Shown piece after piece: positions 48,572 through 61,222 of a stretch of DNA of 64,000 bases (within the stretch, counting starts at the first letter, position 1; each line of letters begins with the position of its first letter). The position numbers were made by a program, and so were the translations under genes. A model generated the notes under the pieces. That model searched no databases. It saw only the letters and a program-made list of their open reading frames with translations, and had not been told where the DNA came from. The stretch is from Haliotis rufescens (Eukaryota), in NCBI RefSeq assembly GCF_023055435.1, contig NW_025963791.1:22692001-22756000 (forward strand), read 5' to 3'.

Positions 48572-51500
48572 AAGTAGTTCACCTCTCTGTGTAGACACAG
48601 TTAGAGGTGTCCGACTCATGGGTGATTGTTTGAATATTGAAAGTACCGTAGAGATATATATATTACGAAAATTATCCTGAACCTTCATGCAAAAGAAAGT
48701 ATACACTTCCAAATTGGATTTGACCAAAAAGTTACAAACGCCGATATAATGCCAACGTAAGGTCCAAATCACAACTATGTACCCGTTTCAAGTAAATCGC
48801 CATCGAATTCCCATTTCTTATTTGTTTCATTTTTAACCACCACAAAACATGGGCGTATACTTTCTTTTACCCGGCGGTTTCTAAGATGAGATAGCGTCCA
48901 TGGCCCTGACATAGTCCTTTTCAGTACTTTAGTCGTAAATCGCCACTCCGCTTGTCTCCAACTGGTGATAACTCGACATCGTTTCGAGATTTTGCTGTCA
49001 CGTGATTGCTGTCACGTGATTGCTTGGTAACATATTACATTACTGGACTGAAAACACGTGAAGATCTGGGTTAGAACTGGTCTTCATCAACCCATGCTTG
49101 TCCTAAGAGGCGGATCCAGATCGCTGACTTGGTGAATGCATGTCATCGTATCCCAATTGCGTAGATATATGTATGGTATGTCAATCACTAGATTGTCTTG
49201 TCCAGACTCGATTAGTTAACGACCGCCGTCATATAGCTGGAATATTGCTGAGTGCGGCGTAAAACAACAAACAATCAAACAAACTGTATCTGAGGTGGAT
49301 GAGTTTGATTAAGTCTTCAGTACAAATAATTACAAGTATGTGAGGACTTTATATATGAGGAAGGGTGTTTCAGATAGTGAAAATCCTATAAGGCGATTAT
49401 TTAGCTAGACATTTTTCAAGCAACTTCTTATTTCAAACAACCCAGTCACTGTTCACAAAATTCGGAGGTTTTATCGACAAATTAGTCTTATCCATAAGCC
49501 TAAAGAGGTGTCGTACAATATCTGTCCACGCCGCGCACACACCCTCACTAAAGGGATTTTATGGCGCTTCTATAAATTTCTCTCTCCTTACCTTCTCGGT
49601 TTGAATAACGCCTGTCCCTCGTCAGAGTAGGTCATGATAAGCTTCAGCTGGGTGCCACCCTCCTTTTGCTCTGTGGAGGAGAAATTCATAATATACACAC
49701 TGTATGAAATACAAATGTACTAGAAATAATATCAATATTTATTGTTTACACAAACGTACATGGAAGGTTTCATCTCAGTCATATGGGACCCGTGAAGATT
49801 CCGGGGTAGAACAGGTCTTCAGCAACCCATGCTTGCCGTAAAAGGTGACTATGCTTGTCATAAAAGGCGACCGACGGGATCGGGTGGTCAGGCTCGCTGA
49901 CCTGGTTGATGCATGTCATCTATCCCAATTGCGTGAATGGATGCTCATGATATCAATCACTGGATTGTCTGGTCCAGACTTGATTTTTTACAGACCGCCG
50001 TCATATAGCTGGGATATTGCTGAGTGCGGCGTTAAACAACAAACCAACCAACCAACCAGTCAGTCATATGGACTGTGATTGAATTACTGACTATGGAGAT
50101 TTCTCCGTCTTGTACGATGATCTCGTTATCTATTGCTACAAGTAATTATCCAAAGAGATAAGGACGTGCCTTGTTTCACACTGGCCCAGACTGAACAGGC
50201 TAGTCGTTGAAGAAATGGGTGTGCCCACGAGGCGCCGTTTTATATTCATTCCATATTTTAAGTTGTTCATTATTGATGTTATTATATCAGTAACTGTAAT
50301 TGCCGGGTAATTTCGAGTTATTATTAATATTAATTAACAATAAATGTCACAAATATTTGTTTATTTAACAAACCCGATTATATTTTATATCGATAAAATT
50401 GGTGACTTAAATACATGTAATTTGCGATCTCTAAAATGCAATGGCTTCCATATTTTGTATTCGAATTTGTGCTGCCACGAATCAATATTGATTATTTAAT
50501 AATCCCCGAAATGGAATCATCCTTCCCTCGACAGTGTATCTGCGTGTAGTTGAACCTAGTCTGTCCTTGGACAGAAATCCTCTCTTGTTGGGACTCCTGG
50601 GAAATGAAACTGCCGGGCAAAAGAAAGTATACACCCATTTTTAATGATTGTATACAATGATACAAATCAGCAGTAATTATTCTATGGTGATGTGTTTGCT
50701 ACTGGTATCTTAATTGCATTTTGGACCTTAAGTTTGCAGTGTTTCGGCGACTGTTTTCAGTCTAGTAACGTTTGTTATTTTTGGTCAAATCCAATCTTTA
50801 AGGCTATACTTCTTTTGTCCGACACTGTATGTGGAATTTATTCAATAATTCCCATAATAAAACCGTCCTTTCCTCGACAGTGTGGCTGCGTTTAGTTGAA
50901 CCTAGGTTGTCGTTGGACAGAATTTCCGAGGAAATGGAATAGAATTCACCGATTAGGAAAATGCTTGAGCGTCGATCGTACTTCAAGGATGGTCAACAAA
51001 AAGATCAACCTCGGAAAGATGGATGTATACTGTCCAGTTTTGCCAGACCATCGTCCAATTGCTCTCAGTTGGTTCATGTTGGAGCAGTCTAGTGCTCTTA
51101 ATTCACGCTATTCAACACTTTTCCCTGTCTGGTCAACAAATGTTACCTCACTGTCCCTGTACGTGTGTCTGCACCCAGATGCACAAACTGTGTCAATCGG
51201 TTGACACATGTGTCAAGATTCTGTCTCGTCCGCTCTTTCGAGAAATGCAACAGAACGCACCTGCGCCAGTCCAGCCACTGAAGCCATGAAGTGCGTCTGT
51301 ATTTTCTGCATCATGAACAACCAGATTGAGTACGAGAGTAGATCATTTATTTGAAGATACTCTCATTTGAACAAAAAAAAAGCCGTAAGATGGATCTTTG
51401 AGAGGATATAATTTGAGGAGAGGAATTAGCTCTCGGTCGAAATAGAAAGTGCGCAGCTGGTTCAGAAAACCAGTTATCTCTTTGAGGGGGCTCGGTTACC

Positions 51501-54500
51501 AGCACGGCGACCAGATGACGGCATAAACACGACGACAATACACCTGATAGGGGCTGTGTACTGAACTTTGGTTCAAGAGTTGGGATGCGGTTGAGTTGTT
51601 ATTCATTTTTTTTGTATTTATTTGTTCTTAACGTTATGGTTTATTAAAATTTTATCATAATTTGTCCGACAAGCAGAATTGCAAAATTAAACTATTCAAG
51701 ACCAAAAACACTTTGAAATGTCCCCCGAGATGACACTTTAGAATTAGTTAGATGACACATGGTAGCCTAACAATTTAAAAAAAGATGACACGACACTGAG
51801 TACAAGGTACTGGTTTTCATAGTAAAAGAACCTGCTTCAGACGCAACTGGTATTGTTAAGGCGGCTGAACCATGTAACAATCTCCCGCCTGGCGGCAGAC
51901 AAGCTCGGGGCATCCTTCTATTTAAAAAGACATGTCGCTACACAAAACCTGTCCGCCTTCATGCCTCAGACAGTTTCATGTAGCCGCGCAAAGTGGTCTC
52001 TGTGCCAACATTCTCTCATGTTGCATTCAATGTAACACTTCAAAAGCGAAATCCTTGGACAAACGCTTTGAAGTTTGGCGTAGAATGTTTTCAACATTTT
52101 CGAGGCGTCTACTAGATTTATCTTCTCAAGAGCAATATTTAATAATCAAAAGCACATTATGGGCAAATTCAAATTGAAACATGGCGTTTAGAGATTCAAC
52201 TGTGATCTTAGGCTCGGTTCGACACAAACGTTTTTCGCACATACTTAGAGTGGTTGGTTGGTTGGTTTGTTGTTTAACGCCGCACTCACCAATATTCCAG
52301 TTATATGACGGCGGTCTGTAAATAATCGAGTCTGGACCAGACAATCCAGTGATTGACATCATTAGCATCGATCCACGCAATTGGGATCGATGACATGCAT
52401 CAACCAAGTCAGCGAACCTGACCACCCTATCCCGTTAGTCGCCTTTTACGACAAGCATAGTCACCTTTTACGGACGTGTTTCGAGAAACAGAACGCTGTG
52501 TGAATAAATAAGTAAAGAGATGCAATTATAATGTGAATTATGTTATTTCAACACAAATGGGTTTCGAGAAAAGAAAATGGTAAAATATAAAAATTGTCTT
52601 TTATATGTAATAGAAATGAGCCCCGACATACTCATCCTGTTTTGGAATTGAATAAATATATAGACATGCCAGACTAGGGACTCGCATCGGACCTTTTGGA
52701 TATTTTCCTAGAAAGCAAGAGAGAGTATTATGCCATCAGATGTAGCAGAGGTCCTTCGTTACCTAGACACGTTACAAGAAAGTCTACATGATCCAGATCA
52801 AAGTGATGGAGAAAGATGTAGGAGGACACACTTCGTGATGGCGACTCCCTATCATGCTCAGTTAAATCATCATGAACATTTCAGAAAAAAATCAAGTGCC
52901 GGATAAACATCTTATTCACACGATGATGTCACCAGTTCATCTTCAGTCGTGACGATGATTAAGCAAGAAAACATAAGTCATATCAAAGTTATTCATTTCT
53001 TGAAAACCACAATTCTTTAGTCATGCCAAGAGTAGATGGTCACAAAAACAAGTCCTGGCAACTTTACCACGTGACTTCATATCGGGACGTTAAAATGTCA
53101 CCAAATTTATCAGCCTACAGATGTTCTTCAGAAAGTCTCGTAAGTCTCGCAAAGCCGAGCGTTGATATGTGACATATTTAGTTCCCCTATTTCTTATACG
53201 TGTCACCTAGGGAAGAAAACACAAGAAAAATGTGATAACTCGCGTTGTATAACTTTAACATCACGGACATGTGACGACGGTAACGAGAATTCTGAAATAT
53301 TATGAAAAAATGTTTTTTGAAGAAAGAAATCTCCTAATGCTGCTGTGAAAAACATGAATCGTAGTACATGCATAAATGTGAATTAATAAAACAGGATATG
53401 AAACTACGACAGCCGGTTATAGCTGGAATAAAACAGATGTCACTCACTTCCGGTGAGCAATATCCGGTCTCGTTCCTGTACCTGCTTGTGCTGTACAGTA
53501 ATTGTTTTCAGATAATGGATTGAATATTAAAATACATGTGTTGCTGATGAAAACAAGATTTGACATTTCAGATAGCGGCAATATACATATGACGTGGCAA
53601 AGTGAAGCGATATAGTTTCCGTTGCTATTGCCAACATAGGGTGAGTTCATTAAGTGACGGCTCTGTCGATGATTTATGAAATATTCATAACAACAAAGTT
53701 CGGAATCCATATCAGAATATTTATTAAACCATGCGGATTTGTAAAGTAAAGATTTTGTCTGGATGTCCCTTATTTGCCAGTGGAATTGACTCCACTTTTA
53801 ACTAATGGTTCAGTCTTAGTACAGTATGAGTTGAGATGTTTTGGTATGAAGCGGATATTGGGTTTAGTCTTGGTGTGGAGCATGCCCAGAGATTGGGTTC
53901 AATCTTGTATGGAGCGGAGATTCGATTTAGTCTTGGTGAGGGGCGAAGATTGGGTTCAGTCTTGTATGGAGCGGAGATTGGGTTCAGTCTTGGTGTGGAG
54001 CGGAGATTGGGTTCATTCTTGTATGGAGCGGAGATTGGGTTCAGTCTGGGTATGGGGCGGATATTGGGTTCAGTCTGGGTATGGGGCGGATATTGGGTTC
54101 AGTCTTGGTGTGGAGCGGAGATAAGGTTCAGTTTTGGTGACGGGCGGAGATTGGGTTCAGTCTTATATGGAGCGGAGATTGGGTTCAGTCTTGGTATGAA
54201 GCAGAGATTGGGTGAATTGTGTACAGCCTTGGTATGAAGCGCAGATTGGGTTCAGTCTTGTATGGAGCGGAGATTGGGTTCAGTCTTGTATGGAGCGGAG
54301 ATTGGGTTCAGTCTTGGTGTGGAGCGGAGATTGGGTTCAGTCTTGTATGGAGCGGAGATTGGGTTCAGTCTTGTATGGAGCGGAGATTGGGTTCAGTCTT
54401 GTAGGGAGCGGAGATTGGGTTCAGTCTTGGTGTGAAGCGGAGATTGGGTTCAGTCTTGTATGGAGCGGAGATTGGGTTCAGTCTTGGTGTTGAGCAGAGA

Positions 54501-57500
54501 TTGGGTTCAGTCGTGGTGTGGAGCGGAGATTGCGTTCAGTTTTGTATGGAGCGGAGATTGGGTTCAGTCTTGTATGGAGCGGAGATTGGGCTCAGTCTTG
54601 TATGGAGCGGAGATTGGGTTCAGTCTTGGTGTGAAGCAATGATTGGGTGAATTGTGTACAGTCTGGGTATGATTGGTTGGTTTGTTGTTTTACGCCGCAC
54701 TCAGCAATATCTGGGTATGAAGCGGAGACTGGTCTACGTCTTGGTGTGAAGCAGAGATTGGGTGAATTGTGTACAATCTGGGTATGGGGCGAAGATGCCA
54801 TACAGACTGAGTGGAGCCAGGACTAAATAGAAAGAGACTGGGAAAAATAGAAAACGACTTGTTCATTGTTGCACTGCAAGTCGCGGCTTGTTCCCACCCT
54901 GTTATGTGATAGAGTCAGCTGAAAGGAACGCAATAATGGACACTGCAACGTCAAGTCGTCGAAACGATAAAGTTAGATACAATCTGACATTTTCTAACAA
55001 TGCAGGGACCGTCATTATTGTAGCTGGAGATGTTAAAGATGAGGTCACGGGATTGCATGAACTACAAGTGCGCATGTCAGAACTGATTATTTTAGAACGT
55101 GCCACAAAGAATCAAAAATGGCATGTCGCGGGAGCGCAGAATGTCAAATGACGTCATTCGGACGGTTCAAACTACGACAGGATTGCGTTCATCTTATTTT
55201 TCTAGTGATGGCCCAAACATACGGAGATGGCTTTATCAAAAATTGGTCGACATTAAAATGAGGGTGAGCTTGAACAGTATTTAAGTGATATATCGGTGCG
55301 TGAGCTTCTAGCTGGAGAACACCAAACTTACCCAAAAGGAAAACAACGAGCATGAATGTAATACTGAGAGACAAGCGGACTCTACAGCGAATTTAACCGC
55401 CTTTCACCAATGGAGCCCCCCTGCCCGGGAAAACATAAGAAATGAGACAACTTGAAACCTTATTCCATCGGAAGTGATTGAGATTTCTACTGAACTGCTT
55501 CATCGGTTTCATACGCATATGTCAGATTAACTAGAGCAATATTAAAGAATATGGTCCTTAACTTCTTAACCTTTTAAAGTTACTGTGCTGGTACAAAGAA
55601 ATGTCAGACCAACAGATGTAAATGTTTCAAGGCTTAGCTGCTTTGTAACTCAAGGTGCCACTCAAATCTGACATGTGTCAACAAAAACTAAATTGTTCTT
55701 GTTTGTTAAGTCTATCCTATGTTTGATGTAGCATTGTTTTGATTACAGTGAAGACTAGTTTTTAAGTGAAAGGTATTTGTTATCATGTCAAATAAATTTG
55801 TCTTCTCATAAATATTTTTTTATCAAGTTTGACCATATAAGAGCCTCAAAAGTAATTTCAGGGAATATGTCTAAAAAACTTGATGATAAATCAGGGAATA
55901 TGTATAATACCTGAAAAATTTAGGGCTTATGTATATTCCCTAAGTGAATCAGACATTAAATTTATTCCCTGAAAATTTCAGGGATTATACATATTCCCTG
56001 ATTATACATATTCCCTGTAACATATATACCTTTATAACATTTATTAAAAAAATAAGTTTAAGTAACCTTTCTGTCCAGGTTTATCCGTACGTAGTATCAA
56101 TATGTATAAGCAAAGCATTGCAACTTATTTTAAAACTATCAAACATGCACATTAAATCGTAACCAAATTATTAATGCACTCATGTGTACCATTTGGAAAC
56201 TTGGAGTAGCGATCTTATTTCTTGTTTAAAGTATGACAAGGGTTTCAACAATCAAATGTCAATCTAATTCAAATATAATGCTCCTGACACAACAATTAGC
56301 TTGTCTGCAGAGGAAACGTTAAGTTCAAATGAATCGACCACACAACACAAAATAACGCAGTTTTTAACTCCTCCCCAAGTTCTCCCCGTGGTGTGAGAAG
56401 GCAAACAAATCTCTTCATATTTGGAGGCAACAAAACGCAAACAAAATTCACGGAATATGAAAATGTCGGCAGTTCGCTTCTTGCCATGTCACAAAGGATA
56501 ACGTACTCCCTCGTAGTTGATTCTTTGCGACGTTTTCAATATTGCGTTTCTTTTCACGGGTTTACTTTTTGCGTTCTCGCCATGGAAAAACTTCCAGGAA
56601 CTCTTTTGTTGTGGAGGCTGTCATTGCCTGGAGTATTGTACCTGAACATTTGTCTGGTACGTCTGTTGTTAGGCTTGCAACGGTTTGCATGTCGTGGATT
56701 AACTTGAGTAGCGATGTCTGGGTATTCGTGTCTCCTCAAGTTTGTCTCACAATCACACGTTTCTCGTCAGATCAAACGAATTGGGGTGCAATTTTACCAT
56801 CAAATTTACAAATTTAGGAAATAACATATCAACCGGAGAATAATTTGAGAAAATATTACTCTCATTAACACAGTTGTCGGCAGTTAGAAGATTTGCATTC
56901 GTGCCAAGTTTCGCCTGGGTGATAGAGACGCGGACTGGGTGAACTCAAGGAATGTCAATGACAAAATTGAAAATATCCCAAACCAAATATAATTCAGTTT
57001 CGAATGAACTAAACACACTATAAAATGGTGTGCTTCCAGTCCAAATACGAGGAAATAATGTCACAAAAATATCCATGACGTCTTTAAGTCTAAATATGGT
57101 CATAATGTGTTCTCTTTGAGTGACCACTCCTTAAAGTACCAATGTTAAAACAGAATACTTTATAAAAATGTTGGACATTTATTTTTTTTAAAAATGCGTA
57201 TAAAAATGCTTCCTCATCATCGCTCACGATGTACACTCAGTTTCAAATATATCTTTTTTCTTTCAAAATTGTCACAATTCATTTATTCAAAGGTATTTAT
57301 TTATCAAATATATAAAACGTCAAGGCCAGAAAAAATCAGTCTTGATAATCTTCCTAAACAGATTCCATTGGTCATAGAATCAAAATAGGAGTGAATATAA
57401 TATGAATGGATCACTGAAAATTAGTGATGACACCATGTTCGCGAAAAGGGTAAGTAAGCAAGTCCTGCCTACCGGTCATTCACTGATTAGTTTTATACCT

Positions 57501-59697
57501 TTCTATATTATTTATCCATTCATCTCATCATTTAGCTAACTATTTATCTGTTAAATATGAATTAATTTATTTGCCAAATAATACCACATGCAACCTAATC
57601 CGTCAAACTGCATGAAAACATCAAGAAGGTAAAGGCCGTTTTCGCAACAATCTAAGCCACATGTTCGGCATGTGAGCCAGGTTCGTGAAACGGGATCCCT
57701 CTCTCCAACAGCATGGGCCAGTGTTCTTATCTCATTAAGAATAGACACATTCTCCTACTCATGAACCCTCTCAGCCGCAGCAGGCCCCGGCCCTTTCTGT
57801 TCCGATGCACTCCCGAACCAACACCGGCACTACCCATTATCTCAGTAAGAATCACGAATACAGACACGGCCGGGGTACATATTAGAACATTGTTCGGGTT
57901 AGGAAAACATTATAGACAAGATCGCGGGGCTTGGTATACAAATAAACAGGAACAGTGATCTGAACCATGTTACAAATTTGAAAGGAGAATTTTCCGAATT
58001 CTGTTCGGAAGATTCGATTTGAGACAGTATAGGTTAAAGGCATGTCGCTTTGATGTCCTCTGGTGTTAGTTTTTGATGACTACATTCTGACCGAAATCTA
58101 AAGAAAAATCCGGTTTTCTCCTTTCTGAAGGGCTATTGATGCAGTGTCTGTTTATTTGTTGTTTAACACCGAACTCAGAAATCGTATCGAAGCAAGATTC
58201 GCAGAGTGAGTGAGTGAGTTAATAATTATCATTTTAAGCTGCGTCAGCATCTGTATTACTTCATAACGATGGCCTTTGTTTGTTTATTTGTAGTTTAACG
58301 CCGCACAATATTGCCGCTACATGACAGCGAATTGTATGTAATCGAGTCAGGACCAGTAAATCCAGTGACTGATATTATGAGCAACTGTTTTATGATGCTG
58401 TCTGGGAAGAATGACACACAATCAACCAATTCACCAAACCGATCTTCACCATCCGATCTTCTTAAGATCAGGGTGCGGTACGGTAGCCTAGTGGTTAAAG
58501 CGTTCGCTCGTCACACCGAAGACCCGGGTTCGATTCCCGACATGGGTTTACAATGTGTGAAGCCTATTTCTGGTGTCCCCCGCCGTGATATTGCTGGAAT
58601 ATTGCTAAAAGCGGCGTAAATCCACACTCACCCTTAAGAACAGCATAGGTTACTAGGAACGTATTTTAACCCGGATACCGCACGAGGGATATGAAATGAC
58701 GTAAGATAGTGAGTGTGTGGGTGAGTGAGTTTAACGCCGCTTTGAACAGTATTCCAGTCATATCATGACGTGATAGTGTCCAGTGTGGTTGGTCGTTAGT
58801 TATTAGGAAAGATTTTAGCCTTGGTGTTTCAAGTGATATCTCTATCACATAACAGTCTGTGTCAGGCGTAACGTGTTTCAGAGGTCTTTAACTGGGTTCA
58901 CTACACTCACCCTCTGTTGGCAACGTACCTGGTTTTGGTTTGTTGTGTAACGCCGCACTCAGCAATATTCCAGCTATATGTCTGTAAATAATCGAGTCTG
59001 GACCATACAATCCAGTGATTTACAACATAAGCATCGATCCACGCAATTGGGATCGATGACATGCATCGACCAAGTCAGCGAACCTGACCACCCGATCCCG
59101 TTAGTCGCCTCTTACGACAAGCATAGTCGCCTTTTACGACAAGTATGGATTGCTAAAGACTTATTCCATAATGTACCTGGGTGTCCAGTACAACTGTATC
59201 GGGTGTTTCATACTCATTTTAAATATGGTATGAAGTACCACTTTAAAACTAACGCCACCTCGATAGCAACCATGTCGGGACCGGATCGCGATCCATATCT
59301 TGTAAGATCGCGAAACGAAGGTGCGACCAGATTCGTGGGGATGTTATTTTGTAAGCGCATTTTATAAGTATCAACCTCGAATTGTTTTGTACGTGTTTCT
59401 ATATGACAGTGTCCAATATGTAATCTGTATTTGTATCAGTCGTCAGTCTCTATTTTTCCATACCTATCAACGTGCCATACTTTGATTGCACGCCTGTCCA
59501 CACTTGATAGTCAGATCCATGTACGTGTTAGCTGTGTCCGACAGTGTGAGGTTTAATCAACGACATCAGAGTACTTACCAACATCGACGACGGGGAGCGT
59601 GGCGAGGTCCTTGAGCAGGTCGTCAATGTAGTGGTCGTCCTGGCTGTAGAGACCGTACTGGTGTATTCCCATGTGGAAGCGCTCCCAGTTCGTCACT
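43396..59697 (-). CDS. FAM20C: FAM20C extracellular/Golgi Ser/Thr kinase, 3' seven exons: complement(join(43396-43684,44114-44195,45142-45432,46083-46195,47811-47903,49592-49670,59579-59697)); 5' partial
   Basis: All introns are GT-AG with consistent phases. Translation includes [71 protein letters not shown] and LDRR; catalytic residues are intact. Confidence 0.96.
43719..43971 (-). mobile_element. SINE-like family B, full length
   Basis: Minus strand starts ACCGGTGAAGATCCGGGGTAGAAG. Confidence 0.9.
44114..44195 (-). CDS. FAM20C: FAM20C exon (82 bp, catalytic DRHH and DNG)
   Basis: [27 protein letters not shown]. Confidence 0.95.
44642..45062. mobile_element. hAT-like MITE inserted into the tail of a family C SINE (about 44465-45080)
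   Basis: TIRs TAGGTCTGGGACGGGT / ACTCGTCCCAGCATTA with CGGGTA-rich subterminal repeats. GGCGAAA recurs on both sides. Confidence 0.75.
45142..45432 (-). CDS. FAM20C: FAM20C exon (291 bp)
   Basis: [21 protein letters not shown]...WRNPWKRSY...[10 protein letters not shown]. Confidence 0.95.
45526..45701. mobile_element. Tigger/pogo-type MITE
   Basis: TIRs CAGTAAACTACGGTTAT / ATAACCGTAGTTTACTG with TA flanks. Confidence 0.88.
46083..46195 (-). CDS. FAM20C: FAM20C exon (113 bp)
   Basis: [37 protein letters not shown]. Confidence 0.95.
46554..46831 (+). mobile_element. SINE-like family B, full length
   Basis: TSD TATGATTA; duplicated core segment. Confidence 0.92.
46905..47465 (-). mobile_element. 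Two tandem family D SINEs (diverged 46905-47086; full 47087-47465 with duplicated 5' end)
   Basis: A/B boxes on the minus strand; GCTCTACCA.TAGACCACGGAGGC occurs twice at 47414-47465. Confidence 0.85.
47811..47903 (-). CDS. FAM20C: FAM20C exon (93 bp)
   Basis: [30 protein letters not shown]. Confidence 0.95.
48058..48393 (-). mobile_element. SINE family D, full length
   Basis: Highly similar to 47087-47465. Confidence 0.88.
48519..48578. repeat. (TAG)n microsatellite
   Basis: Direct reading. Confidence 0.95.
49054..49283 (+). mobile_element. SINE-like family B, diverged
   Basis: Starts ACACGTGAAGATCTGGGTTAGAA; family tail present. Confidence 0.85.
49592..49670 (-). CDS. FAM20C: FAM20C exon (79 bp, Gly loop and catalytic Lys)
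   Basis: [25 protein letters not shown]. Confidence 0.95.
49787..50059 (+). mobile_element. SINE-like family B, full length
   Basis: 12-bp TSD TCAGTCATATGG. Confidence 0.93.
50608..50829. mobile_element. Tc1/mariner-type MITE (related pieces at ~31406 and ~48689-48880)
   Basis: CTGCCGGGCAAAAGAAAGTATAC versus TATACTTCTTTTGTCCGACACTGTA. Confidence 0.6.
52251..52473 (-). mobile_element. SINE-like family B, 5'-truncated
   Basis: High similarity to the other copies; (CCAA)n tail. Confidence 0.9.
53805..54795. repeat. Minisatellite, 28/29-bp unit, with a SINE tail fragment at ~54672-54710
   Basis: GGAGCGGAGATTGGGTTCAGTCTTGTAT and ...TCTTGGTGT variants. Confidence 0.95.
58471..58632 (+). mobile_element. 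SINE family A inserted into an old family B copy
   Basis: Near-TSD CTTAAGATCAG/CTTAAGAACAG; diverged family B sequence on the minus strand on both sides (~58275-58680). Confidence 0.88.
58930..59165 (-). mobile_element. SINE-like family B
   Basis: Family body, core and tail on the minus strand. Confidence 0.88.
59579..59697 (-). CDS. FAM20C: FAM20C exon (119 bp, most 5' exon visible)
   Basis: [39 protein letters not shown], similar to the NWLKFHIGINRYELYS region of vertebrate FAM20C; pyrimidine-rich ...ctccag acceptor and gtaagt donor. Confidence 0.93.
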
Positions 59698-60769
59698 CTG
59701 GAGGGGGGAAACAACGTTTATAATAAAAGAGAAGACAGTTTGCATTTATGAGGAAGCGAGTGAGTGAGTAAGTTGAGCTTCATTGGGTTTGATGCTGCGT
59801 TATCTTTAATAATGGTTATGTGGTCGGGAAGCCCAAGGTACGAGCATGGGTACAGAGCTGACATACCAAGAGTCATAATCTGTGAGAATCCAGAATTCAA
59901 ACCCGTAATCCATGGATCCTGGCACATCTAAGAGACGCAACTCTGCACCTTAGACTTGGTGCCATCCCTGCCTCCAACGCCTCTCTGAACAATTTTTCAG
60001 TTCATAATCGGGGCCAATCTGGGATTCGAACCCACGACCAGTAGGATCCTGGTAGTGCTAAGGGACGCAACTTCATAATTTATGAACCAATTTTAGTTCT
60101 TTATCATGCACCTATTATACGCCAAAAAATAGAATATAACAAAGATAAATCATCTTCATTTATCAATAGTTAAATGTATTACATTTATTCGTGTTTGACG
60201 AGCATGGGGTCGACTAGTCGGTTATCACTTAAATAGTTAATGGCATTCATACGCGTTTTCATGGGCATGCAAAATAATGTATCGAGTCAATGGTAATACA
60301 AAAATCTTCTATCTGTCAATCGAGTCCATGTTAATGTAAGATTATCAATAGCATCTGCCACTCAAGTCAATGAAAATGAAAAATCATGCCACGCGAATCT
60401 GCCAATGATTATTCAAATAAATAAAAGCGACAAAGTCCTTTCCATATTCATAAGTAATATCCTTTGTACGATTCCGACCATACCATTAGCAGGCGTTTAT
60501 GAATCACTATCAAATACCGATGATACCAGGTGAACATCTAACCCGTCACAAACACATGCAAAGGAAAGCCAATTGTTTATCTGAAGATCCTGTCCAACCG
60601 GGGCACCCACCACAAACACAGACACTGATTATTCAAAGGAAGTAATGGAGTCTGCCACTAGATTAAATGATTATGCAACATATTTCCACGAATCTGCCAC
60701 TCGAGCCAACAACTGTTCAAAGGAAATAATCGAAATTTGCTAATAGAGTCAATGAAAACGCAAAACAAT

Positions 60770-61222
60770 ACCACTGCTACTATATCTGCTACTCGAGTAA
60801 TTTCTAAACGAAATATAATGAATCGTATCTGCTACTCAAGTAATTGAAAAAATGAAATACAATGCATCGCATCTGCTACTCGAGTAATTGAAAAATGAAA
60901 TACAATGCATCAAATATGCTTCTCCAGTAATTGAAAAATGAAATACAATGCATCAAATCTGCTGCTCGAGTAATTGAAAAATGAAATACAATGCATCAAA
61001 TCTGCTTCTCGAGTAATTGAAAAATGAAATACAATGCATCAAATCTGCTTCTCGAGTAATTGAAAAATGATATACAACGCATCGTATCAGCTACTCGAGA
61101 AAGAAAAATGAAAAACATTGCATCGAATCAGCTACTCTCGTAATTGAAAAATGAAATACAATGCATCCAATTTATTACTCGAGTAGCTGAAAAACGAAAT
61201 ACAGCGCATCGAATCTGCCAAC
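60770..61222. repeat. Minisatellite, 43-bp unit (degenerate copies extend back to ~60280)
   Basis: CTCGAGTAATTGAAAAATGAAATACAATGCATCAAATCTGCTT repeated. Confidence 0.9.

Noticed and set aside
52660-52960. piggyBac-like acidic N-terminal remnant ([15 protein letters not shown]...SDGE)
   Set aside because: Too short and degenerate; no TTAA-flanked TIRs or catalytic motifs were found.
53774-54650. CRISPR-like array or repeat protein
   Set aside because: The units are contiguous with no unique spacers, there are no cas genes and the context is eukaryotic. The same applies to the 22-, 42-, 43- and 48-bp arrays.
54888-56817. Short ORFs on both strands in the large FAM20C intron
   Set aside because: No recognisable domain, no consistent splice sites and frequent stops.
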